Assembly: GCA_038087875.1 (NCBI GenBank)
Contig: JAXLNO010000573.1
Span: 1-64,000 of the forward strand
Length of the DNA: 64,000 nucleotides
DNA from: Malacoraja senta
Lineage: Eukaryota
Direction of reading: 5' to 3'
Both the position numbers and the translations under genes were made by a program. The notes below the pieces were generated by a model, which was given only the letters and a program-made list of their open reading frames with translations, ran no database searches and was not told the origin of the DNA. This document shows, in pieces, positions 53,000 to 64,000 of the stretch (position 1 is the stretch's first letter; every line of letters starts with the position of its first letter).

Positions 53000-54790
53000 T
53001 GGAAATGTCTCAGAAATATCTCTGAAAATCTGTCCTGGGCCCAGCACATTGATGCAATCATAAAGAAAGCCCATCAATGCCTCTACTTCATTAGAAGATT
53101 AAGGAGATTCGGAACGTCGAAAAATACTCTATTGAATTTCTACAGGTTCACAGTCTGGAGCATATTGACTGGTTGCATCACAGACTGGTTTGGTAAATCA
53201 AACATCCAGGATTGAAGGAGATTACAAAAAGTTGTGGACACCAACTGGTCCATCATTGGTACTGACCTCTCTACCATTGAAGGATCTATAGGAGGCACTG
53301 CCTCAAAATGGCTGCCAGCATCATCAAAGACACACACCAGCCTGGCCTCACTCTCATTTCACTCTTACAATCGGGAAACCAGTGTAAGAGCCTGAAAACC
53401 ATGGCAACTAGCCTCAAGTAAAGCTTCTTCCCAACAGCCATCAAGTTCTTAAACACATTACAGTAGCGATGTTACAATACTTACCTTCAGCGGCGCTGCA
53501 GTTCTGCCACTGGCTGTGTGCGCGACTTTGGCGCCTTTGAGGGGGGGGGGGATTAAAATGCCGTTTTCTCCTGCCTGTCCGAGATATATTTTCTCGGGCT
53601 GCTAGCTGATGCAGAAAAATCGTTCCGACTTCCGTTCTCGGAAGGTTTTTTTTAAATCGCGGAACAATTTAATCGCTGGAGTAAAATAAAAAAGCTACTT
53701 CTAACGCCCTCAATGCCTACAACGGGACGGATCTCACATAGACAACAAAACATAATGTAAGTCGCTTATTTTACATATAAACTTGCTTCTTAGGATGACT
53801 TTAATCCAAATTTAATTGTGATTTTGGCCCCATACGAACCAGCAGTGTTTTTCCTGCCGATATGGGATTCAAATTCACCGCATCTGCAACGTTCCAATCA
53901 ATCACATTCGCCAAAAACCCACTTGCAAGATGATTTAAATGGCCATTAATTTACGGGAATTAAACATTAAATTCCTTCCATTTGGCCTATAAATTCATGA
54001 CAATGAGTTTTAAAAATCATGTTATATTGTGAATTATTGTGTGAATGTTATTTGGACACGGGCTATTTAAAAATGTTAACCTTTTCTTAAGAAATTGATA
54101 GAAGTTTAGATCTAGTAATTGAATTTTGTAATTAGCTACAATTAGGTAACTAACTAATTATATGCTTTAATTTCAGGTCATCCAAGTAAGATTGTTTCAT
54201 ATTTGTTTCAGAATGCTTCAATCTATAATAACTTCATTCAGTTCTCTTAATTTTTAAGAAAGTGATGGGCTTTTGACTGTCCTCGATCACAGCTTTTGAG
54301 TTAAGTCAATGGAAAAGCAATAGGGAACAAGATGCTAATTTCAGAGTATGAAAATGGCCATAACTTTTTTAATACTGAAGATATGAAAGTGAATTAGGTG
54401 TCAAATTAAACTTCTTTTTATGCTTTATCTGATGGGATAAATTGCAGACTTGATTTTTAAAATCTCAAAATTTTGTAACATTGCTACTTGCAGCATTAAC
54501 CAATGAACTATGGACTGCCTTGGTTGCATTGTGGATTTCAGACATTTTTACACTAATATTGTGTTATTAATTCATTTAATTGTTATTTATTATATATTAT
54601 CTATGTGTATTGTGTTACAGACCTGTTACACTGCTGCATTTCATTGCTTTGTTGTCAGTACCTCTGAAGAAGGGTCTCAACCCAAAACATCACCCATTCC
54701 TTCTCTCCAGGGATGCTACCCGCCCCGCTGAGTTACTCCAGCATTTTGTATCTACCTTCTGACAATTAGACACTCTTGACTTGTCTTGAA
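53000..54790 (+). mobile_element. Rex1/Babar LINE 3' fragment split by a DNA transposon (53464-54486) and a Penelope-repeat fragment (~54655-54760)
   Basis: ISENLSWAQHIDAIIKKAHQCLYFIRRL matches ORF 58320..59315; tail CTCTTGACTTGTCTTG at ~54775. Confidence 0.8.
53464..54486. mobile_element. Non-autonomous hAT-like DNA transposon (~1 kb)
   Basis: 14 bp TIR TAGCGATGTTACAA / TTGTAACATTGCTA (Ac-like TAG.GATG start); degenerate ~8 bp TSD CATTACAG / CTTGCAG. Confidence 0.7.
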
Positions 54791-54863
54791 TGGTGTTGGG
54801 CAGCAGCTCACACTCAACAAAGCTGCAAAAGGAGACATGAGACACGAGCCTTTCAGTTAATTA

Positions 54864-55291
54864 CAATACAATACGATACAATACAATACAATACAATACA
54901 ATAATACTTTATTAGCCAAGTATGTTTTGCAACTTACGAGGAATTTCATTTGCCAAGTCAGTCATAAAAATAAAAAGTAATGGAACACACAAAATAAATT
55001 TTAACATAAACATCCAACACAGTGACTCCTCCACATTCCTCACTGTGATAGAAGGCGAAAAAATAAAATCAATCCCTTCCCTGCTTTTCCCTCCCACGGT
55101 TGGGGGCCTCGAGCCTTCTGTTGATGGGACGATCTTGACTCCCGTAGCCGGCAGTGTTTGGGCCCTCCACGTTGGGGCGATCAGCTCCCGAATCAGGGGG
55201 ATGTCAGCTCCCCCATGCCGGGTGATTGGACCCCAGGTTGGGGCTTGTTGAACCTCTGCGTCGTTGGAGCTCTAGACTAGGCCTCTACCAA
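54864..55291 (-). mobile_element. Non-autonomous retroposon with (TATTG)n tail, truncated by the LTR
   Basis: (CAATA)n microsatellite followed by a LINE-tail-like sequence and a GC-rich body that stops abruptly at 55291. Confidence 0.55.
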
Positions 55292-55345
55292 TGTTAATCC
55301 TGGCTGAAATCAAGCAGCCATAGTACCCACACTTTAATAAGGACT

Positions 55346-55382
<37 letters not shown>

Positions 55383-57135
55383 TTTATTTGTGGGCGTCTA
55401 TACAAAAGTCTCAAGGACACCTTACAGAATATAACAGAGAAACATAAATCGGAGTAAAATAAGTTATAAAGACATCACCAATACACAAATTAAAGACAGA
55501 ATTCGATTCAAAGACATAAAGAAAATCAGAAACACAATGTGAAGAGAGAGCAGCGGCAGCTAAACCGCGCCAGCGTCCACTCTCCCTTCCGACCGCCATC
55601 TTGGACACAGACTAACATAGATACTACATACAAAAATCATCCCCCCACAATGGACAACACTGTGGGGGAAGGCATAATGTCCAGTCCCCAACCCCAGTTC
55701 TCCCAAAGTCAGGCCTGTTGAGGCCTCCGCTATTGCCTCCACGGAGGCCCGATGTTCCTGGCCGTTCTCGCCGGGTGCTGTTGCCCCGGCGTCGGGAGAG
55801 TCCTCTCAGCAGCTGGGACACCTGGAACGGCCGCATTCCTTACCGGAGACCGCGGCTTCCGAAGCCGACAAGGCCACGCCGGTTTGGAGCTCTCATGTTC
55901 CCGATGTTAAAGTCGGCGCCGCCCGCTCCTCTCCGCAGACCCGCAGCCCGGAGGTGTTGAACTCAGCGGTCACAGCTCACCAGAGCTCCAGCGCGTCGAT
56001 CCAGTGCGGCGACCCAGGCAAGGCATCGCCCGCTCCGCTCCGCGATAGCGCTCTAGCGCTGTGCCGCCACCAAAGCCGAGGTGCTGGGCGGTCCCCGTCA
56101 GGAAACGGCGCTCCATGCCCGTTGGTAGGCCACGAGGACGGGTTGACGGGGCAGCCCGGAGAAAAAGCTGCCTCCCCGACCAGGTAGGGACCTAGAAATA
56201 AGGTTACCCCCTTCACCCTACATTAAAAGACGATATTTCCCACATACAGTACATAGGACACACTAAAACTGCAAAACAAAAGTGAAATAAACGGACGGCT
56301 GCTGATTAGCAGCCGTTCCCCAAGATGGCTCCTCCTCCTTACATATTGCTAGGCCATTTTGGTCAAGTCTGGTGTGCTCTGTAGAAATGGGACAAGCTTC
56401 TGAATGGTGCCAGCAAGTCTGGGGCCCAGATCAGTGTTGCATTGTCAGTTGACAGATGGATGAGATTTCTGCAGAGGACATCATAGGAAATGTAAAATGC
56501 CTGAGGTTAATAGGGTCTTTGCAAGAGCCTTGTATATATTGTAAATAATGTTGCGAGACAGTTACCCTGTTAAGTGTTGATTGGTTGAAATGTTAAGCCT
56601 TGACTGGTTTGTTAGAATCCCAGGGTGAATGTTGCATTATTCAAGGTTCAGTTAGCCTCTTCTGGAAGCTTCACCTGCAACAATGTAAGAAGATTCTGTA
56701 AGTTTCCTGTGTAACTGCCAGTAATGTATTATTGTAATTTGTTATACTAGATTGGATTGTAAATATACCACCCCTCTGTAGTTCGGCCCCTGAAGGTTCA
56801 GTGACCTATAAAAGGCAGCCCCCACGAGGTCCATTGTCAATCTTCTGGAAGAGCGCTTGGGACTGGGTGACCTTTTGGAGTGTTTCTGCTTGCACGAAGC
56901 TAAAGGGCTTGGCCAGGCAGATACAAGGATCGAACCTTGAAATTAGGTATTGTATAGGGTGATTTGTTCTGTTTTCTAAAAATAAAATTTAGTTGGAGCA
57001 GTCGGAGCAGGTCGATCATTCACGGGCTTGGGAAAGGGTTCCAACGAGGTCGTAGAACAGAGTCTAGCAAGCACTGAAGGCGTTAGTGCCTTTGGGGTTA
57101 GAGGCCTTACTGGGTGAGAGGCCCATAACATAACA
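55292..57135 (+). mobile_element. Putative 5' LTR (~850 bp net) of the ERV, interrupted at 55347-56338
   Basis: TGTTA start at 55292; TAACA at 57126-57130 and 57131-57135; TATAAAA at 56807; AATAAA at 56981. No clear primer-binding site, and the second LTR is not in the window. Confidence 0.55.
55347..56338 (-). mobile_element. ~1 kb GC-rich non-autonomous retroposon with L2-like 3' end and (TTA)n tail
   Basis: Tail region shared with 13251-13468; no RT ORF; flanks CTTATA / CTTACA. Confidence 0.7.
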
Positions 57136-57781
57136 TCAGGCTTGGGTTAAAGGCCCTTTCCTCTGGGTTCAAGGCCCATGAAACTATTGGTTGAGGTTAG
57201 TAGCTGCAGCTGCTGCTGAGACCAATCTAGGGTTGGGTCAAGGCCCACCCGAGAATTGGATATCCGATTGACGGGATATTAAAAGACAAAACTGGGTCCA
57301 AGCGGTACGAAGCGGCAAAGTACTGCGTCGTTGCTGGGGGTGCGGATTGGAATTGCGCTCTAAAAATCGGCATCGACTGCCAGCGTGAAGAGACTACGTG
57401 CTGACTCCCAATATTTAGCAGGTATGAAGGATAGCCCTTTGCAAAGGTGAACCTAGGTGGGTTCACGTCTCCGCCTGTGCGAGATAGCTGGATCCCTGTA
57501 AAACAAAGGAAGGAGTCTCAAAAGATATCGGGAATTCAGTGATTAGAGTATAAATTGGTCAAAAATACTTTAATCAATCTGAAGATTTCCTAAAGACGTT
57601 CCGTACAAATTTTGAATTCGAACTTGCGTAGAACATTTTCAATTGGGAAGAATAGCGAACTGAAAATTCTCCAATTCAAATTTAATAATACTCAGAATCT
57701 CATATTGAGGTGCTGGTTAATTCCGACTGTATAGATCTTTCTTTCCAAGTTAACTTGTGTATAAATACTTTGTAAAGACTT

Positions 57782-59516
57782 GCCTCCTACAAGGGAAAAT
57801 CAGGAGTTAGCTCGAATGTCGGCGTAGCATCACTCCCTGATGAGCTCAACGCGTTTTATGCACGTTTTGATAGGGAGAACACTGATGTGCCTTCTCGAGC
57901 CCCCATTCGCTGTGATGGTATTTCAGTCACAGTCACAGAGGCCGGCGTCAGAAAATCCTTCAGAGGGGTGAACCCTCGAAAAGCGCCTGGACTTGATGGT
58001 ATACCCGGTCGTGTTCTAAAAACCTGTGCGGACCAACTGGCTGGAGTATTTACGGACATTTTCAACCTCTCACTTCTGAGGTCTGGGGTTCCCACCTGCT
58101 TTAAAAGGGCATCAATTATACCGGTGCCCAAGAAGAGCAAGGTGACGTGCCTCAACGACTATCGACCAGTGGCACTAACGTCGGTGGTGATGAAGTGCTT
58201 TGAGAGGTTAATCATGGCGCAAATCAACTCCTACCTCGACAAAAACCTGGACCCACTTACCGCCACAACAGATCAACGGTGGATGCGATCTCGCTGCTCT
58301 CCACTCCACTCTGAACCACTTGGACAACAAAAACTCATATGTCAGGCTGTTATTCATTGATTACAGCTCGGCATTTAATACAATCATCCCCTCCAAGCTG
58401 GTTACCAAACTCACAGAACTGGGTCTCTGCGCATCTCTCTGCAATTGGATCCTCGACTTTTTCATTCACAGACCACAGTCTGTTCGTATTGGTGGAAATG
58501 TGTCAGCCTCGATAACAATCAGCATGGGAGCACCTCAAGGCTGTGTGCTCAGCCCCCTGCTGTACTCACTCTATACTCATGACTGCGTAGCTGGTCTTAG
58601 TGCGAACTCCATCATCAAGTTCGCTGACGACACCACTGTTGTGGGACATATCACTGATGGGGACGAGTCAGAGTATAGAAGAGAGATCGACCGACTGACC
58701 AAATGGTGCCAGCACAATAACCTGGCCCTCAACACCAGCAAAACCAAGGAACTGATTGTGAACTTTGGAAGAGGTAGGATGGGGACACACAGTCCCGTTT
58801 ATATCAATGGGTCGATGGTGGAAAGGGTCAAGAGCTTCAAATTCCTGGGCGTGCACATCTCTGAAGATCTCTCCTGGTCCGAGAACACTGATGCAATCAT
58901 ACAGAAAGCACATCAGCGTCTCTACTTCCTGAGAAGATTACCGAGGGTCGGTATGTCAAGGAGGACTCTCTCTAACTTCTACAGGTGCACAGTGGAGAGC
59001 ATGCTGACCGGTTGCATCATGGCTTGGTTTGGCAACTTGAGCACCCAGGAACGGAAAAGACTACAAAAAGTAGTAAACACCGCCCAGTCCATTATCGGCA
59101 CTGACCTCCCTACCATCGAGGGGATCTATCACAGTCGCTGCCTCAAAAAGGCTGGCATCATCATCAAGGACCCACACCTTCCTGGCCACACACTCATCTC
59201 CCCGCTACCTTCAGGTAGAAGGTACAGGAGCCTGAAGACTGCAACGTCCAGGTTCAGAAACAACTTCTTCCCCACAGCCATCAGGCTATTGAACTCGACT
59301 CAAACAAAACTCTGAACGTTAATAGCCCATTATCTGTTTATTTGCACTTTATCTGTTTTATTTATTCATGTGTGTATATATTTATACAATGGTATATGGA
59401 TACACTGATCTGTTCTGTATTGATGCCTTCTATATTCTGTTGTGCTGAAGAATTTCATTGTCCTATCTAGGACACATGACAATAAACTCTCTTGAATCTT
59501 TGAATCTTTGAATCCT
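57782..59516 (+). mobile_element. Rex1/Babar LINE, 5'-truncated, RT nearly intact (frameshifted near 58260-58320), inserted in the ERV leader
   Basis: [70 protein letters not shown]; (TTGAATCT)n tail. Confidence 0.93.
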
Positions 59517-60618
59517 TGTTAATAGTTAAAATGTGTAAAGCTCAGAAGTCTATTTAGAATTGTGAATCGATTTTGATTTAAAGTGTATATATATTTCCTT
59601 CCAGATTAATCTGGGTATAATAAAGTTTTGAAATAAGTTGTTTAAAGTGCATTAAGATTGTCGGCTTTGCATTGTATTGACTGTGTATTGTGTATTGTCT
59701 TTGATTTACATTTTGAAAGTTAGATACACTATTGTGATATTGGTGTAGAGATAAATAGTTGATTAAGACTGTTTTTCTAATTGGAGTCCAAATCATGGGT
59801 GATCAACCAGGAGTTCGTACCCCCTTTGATCGATTGTTGATTAATACCTGATAGCGAAGAGTAACTGAGAGAAGGGAAACTGATTTGTTAGTGAAAAGTA
59901 ACTGGACGGGAAAAAGTACCCCTAAGTCTGAGAACTTAGAGTGGAGGGATAGGTCCCCCAATAGAAGTCTGAGCACTTAGTGAGAGGAGAAGTATCTGAA
60001 GGGGAAAAGTAGCTGGCGAAGAAGTAGTACCCCTCAGCAAAGAGTACCTTAGGAAGGGGAAAGTCTTCTGTATCTGAGGGAGAGGTTCACTGGTTGATAA
60101 CAGCACGACGTGGGATACATATTGTGATTTGCTTTTGGAACTGTTCAGTTAACGAATGTGATATTAGATGAATGCTTGGGGTTTATAAAGGAATGTGGTT
60201 GTGCATGATAATCATAGAAGGTGTAGTTTCTTGTCTGTGTACGGTTTTGCTTGCATGTTTGGAGCTCATTTGCATGTGCTTAGATTGTGGTTGTCTTGGG
60301 TATAGAAGACAGGCTGAGGGAGCGTTGGTTGCGATTGACTGTGATTGTTCCCTGAAGCTCCTTGATCTTTAGATGACTGAGGATTGTGGAAATTGAAATA
60401 TTGAAAGTGTGTGGACTTTTGGGAGATGGGAGAAGAATTTGAATAGCAGATTGAAAAGATTGATTGTGCAATTGAGTGAGAGAGGTGGGAAACCGCTAGT
60501 GCTTTGAAATCGTTAGCCTCTGTTCAGCGAGTTTGATAACCTTGGAGATTAAAAGGGAGGAGTGAATTATCGAAAAGTTGTGAAGGGCTAAGGAATTTTG
60601 TTTCGGGTGTCTGAAGAC

Positions 60619-63072
60619 ATGGGAAATAGACTAGACTGAGATATGACAGAAGATGCTCGGAGCCCATTGCAAATGATATGCAATGATTTCCCACGCAAGG
60701 AAGAGAAATTGAGAGACTTGTCAGGAGTGCCAAATAAGAAATTAGGAAGCAAACTATGGCCATTAGGGGGCATTAAAACAGTGAAAGGATTGAAGTACAT
60801 AGAGCGAATCATTTGGCAGTATAGTCACAGTGAAAGTGCAAAGGAGTTAATAGGATTATGGAAGAAATATTATGAGGAACGAAAGGCAAATAAAGAGTTT
60901 AGGAGAATGGCAAGTTGGGAAAAATCTATTTCAAAACTCGGAATAGAACTGAGAGAGGGTGAAGTAGATCGACCTACAGGCAGTAGAAAGGACAGGAGTA
61001 GAGATGAAGGAAAGGAACAGGAAAGAGATAGATCTCCTGAAAGGAAACTAGTCCCTGTAAATTTAAAGTTTAGAGATCCGATGGTTAGTGTTGACTTCGA
61101 GGGGGAAGAAGATGAATATTTGGAAGATTGGACAAATGCTAAAACTAGTAGAAATGTACAGCTCCCACCATGTTCCTCTTGCATTCCCCAGGCTTCACTT
61201 ACACCTTGTATGACTTGTGCCCATAATAAATATCCGGAGTCTGCAGACTCCACGTCAGAGCAAACAGTACCGATAGCAGCGACTGGGATGCCAGAATATT
61301 TGACTCCATCCACTCTACCATTAATAGATCATCCAGTAGCTTACGGTACCAGAAGTAGAACAAAGAGGTTAGCCCCGGTATTTAAAGAGAAGGAGGGTAT
61401 GATGGATATAGTGCAACCTCCGGAATATTTTTGCGAGCCCCAACCTAGACAAATTAGACGAGTAGCGAGAAAGAGGAATGAATCATTTAGAAAGTATCGG
61501 GAACCCCCTAGTGAATGGGAAGACTCATCTGAGGGTGAGACAGTAATTGAAGATACCGAGATAGATTTTGATTCGACAGAAAGTCTACAGACTGATTAGA
61601 TATCCCATAGACAATTCCCAGTTAGGGAAGTGCTGAATCCTGCCTTTGATTCGACCAGCGCAGTGGGTGTAAATAATCCCCTTACCACAGACGTCCATAC
61701 TCCATGGAAGCCCCAAGAAATAACAGCAGTACTAAACAAAATCCCTGATAGAAAGAAGTCACCTGCTGCCTTTATAGATTATTTAAGAACCACAATGCGT
61801 GTATATCATGCAGACTCCCGAGACCTATGGGCGACTATACAACAAATAATGACTCCAGCTTAAAACATCAAATTTCTAGCAGCCCTAGGACACCCGACAT
61901 ATGAAGCATTGGCAAACATAATAGTGGATGATAGTGCAAGAGAAGAGGCTGTTTTAACGGCCCTTGCAAACAGCCTTCAGAAGTCAATTGATTTAACAAG
62001 AATTCTGGAGCTAAAACCATAAAAGGGAGAGGGAGCGGATGAATTTTTAGAACAATTCTTAAGATTATACATGGACCAATCAGGTGATTTAAACTATAAA
62101 AATGGAGTGAGTTCCCCACAATATTGTGCCTTCTTATTAAATTGTCTCCCCACCACGGGAGCCAACTCAATTAAGACTAACAACAGGGACTGGTCTGAGA
62201 ACCGTGCCAGTCAAATGGCCAGAGCTCTGAGGCACCATTGGAAGGATAGTAGAAAACAGGAAGGTTATCCTGTAACTGGAAGAAGAACTGAATATATGGT
62301 TAAAAAGGAGGGACCAAGATCTGGCTCAGGACCATGGAGTCCTCGAATGTTAACAAAGAATGGATTGGGAGAAATTAGTGTCCCAGACTACCCAGATTGT
62401 TATTACGATTGTACTCCTATTTTAGAATCTATTCTACTGGAATCCAGTGGGAATAGAAATTCAACAACATTACCTAATCAATGTTATACTTGTGGGGGAA
62501 TGGGACATTGGAGCTGAGCCTGTCCGACAAGGGAGCGAGTGAGAGAGAGGGGTCAAGGAAAGAATTTCCGGGATCATGGGGAAATTCGAAATCGTAGGGG
62601 ATATAGGAACATCCGAGATCCCAGGAATAATAGAAGGTCTTTAGATACAAAAGACTTCTGGGATTTCAGAAAACAGAGAGGGAACAGGTCAGAGTGTCAG
62701 GAACCAAGGAGACACACATCATTTACTCAAACCAACCCATTCTTTCGGTCCTGACTTATGAACTCATCCAGGAATTGTGGATATAATAACATGAGCCCTC
62801 CCCTTGAACCTACTCAAGTAATTTACCAGCAAGAAAGAATTGGATGTACTATCATAGTAAAAACTGAAGATCATATAAGAAAATATTGTAAGCAATTCTA
62901 TAACTGCCCAAGAAAACAACTTAAAGCAAAGAACACTATAAATTTGGGAGCTTGTTATAACTGTACACAATTAGGTCATTGGAGTAAGGAGTGCCCATCT
63001 AGAAGACAGAATATAGCAGAACAGAGGAGAAATCAAGGAGCAATAAAGACATTAAGAAATGGAACACAGTAG
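60619..63072 (+). pseudogene. gag: Retroviral gag pseudogene (gamma/epsilon-like class I ERV), one frame with internal stops
   Basis: MGNRLD* start (Gly2), matrix-like WPLGG, QFPVREV capsid junction, HTPWKPQEI, MHR-like K.GE.ADEFLEQF...Y, CX2CX4HX4C knuckles at 62482-62523 and 62953-62994. ORFs 60643, 61630, 62071, 62539 and 62758 are all in the same frame. Confidence 0.85.
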
Positions 63073-64000
63073 CTGGTGTCAAAGGAAAATAAATGAGGGG
63101 AACTCAAGGTGGCACTAGGGAAGGAAGAAAAATAATATATTGTGCAGGAAGTGTAGGGGTCATGTTACTATATCCACAATTCCTGGATGGGTTGATAAGT
63201 CAGCAATTGTGAAATCATTTAATAACTTTTTGTGAAGTTGTTGTGCCTTCAGGTCAGTATTACCTATGAAACGCCGTTATCTGGGGAGTGAGGTAAGAAG
63301 AATATGTGGACCCTTAAGAACGGGCAGAAGACACAGCTCAGGTAGGATGTGTAGTCATGATCTCCATCCAGGTAGCTTCCCAGAGACAGAAACAAACAGA
63401 AAGGAAGTAGTGATAATGTCTTGTCCATTTAACATCTACCATATGGGAAAGGCGAACAGACAAAGAAGGTTGCTCCTCGGTATTCCTACTCCTTCAGAAT
63501 TAACATCGAGAAGGAAAAAGAAGATACATACCCTAGTGCCCAACTTTAACATCACATAATATTTGACACCAGTGAAGGGGAAAGAAAAGAACAACATCTA
63601 AAACTTTCTGAAGAAATACAGACAACCTCTGAAGACTATTGGGGCAAGCTCCGATTTAAAAAATGAAATTTGGAAATGAATACTCCTCTGTGGTTCGGGG
63701 ACACCTACTTTGCGCCTAAATTTTAGCTACTAGGAATAAATTGAGTATTTAAAGATGGTCTATGGAATATAGTAAAAAATAATTGGGAATTTGATTGTTG
63801 ACTTGGCATCTTTCCTTGTCTCACCCATAGGCGAACAATCAGAAATGGAACAGGACTGTTCAAGAAAGGATAGACCCTGGGAGATATCAGAAATTAGTGT
63901 GGATTTAATAATAGGATACCCTGGGAACGCAAGGTGGTGGTGTAGAATGATGAGGTAGACTGAATGTTTAAATGATGAGTTCCCCTCGGAGAGGTCAATA

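Noticed and set aside
57186..57225. Primer-binding site for the ERV
   Set aside because: Neither TGGTTGAGG... nor TGCTGCTGAGACC gives a convincing 18 nt match to a tRNA 3' end that I can recall.

Overview
Eukaryotic, AT-rich, repeat-dense DNA with no recognisable host exon. The repeat repertoire (HE1-like and Deu-domain SINEs, CR1, Rex1, L1/Tx1-like, Penelope-like, DIRS) suggests a cartilaginous fish such as a skate or ray; this is inference only. Main contents: (i) three near-complete DIRS1-type tyrosine-recombinase retroelements plus one 5' fragment. Their termini and internal complementary regions (ICR) are near-identical but their ORFs are dead, and two carry a shared unrelated cargo segment in place of gag/RT. 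(ii) Several L1-clade LINEs, one flanked by a ~1.29 kb direct duplication that looks like a giant target-site duplication (TSD). (iii) A Penelope-like RT/GIY-YIG element and about ten dispersed, often palindromic, derivatives of its terminal repeat carrying a minimal hammerhead-ribozyme motif. (iv) The 5' LTR and a single-frame gag pseudogene of a gamma/epsilon-like endogenous retrovirus that runs off the right edge. (v) MITEs, SINEs and minisatellites. All calls and boundaries were made by eye without database searches, so edges of old elements are approximate.
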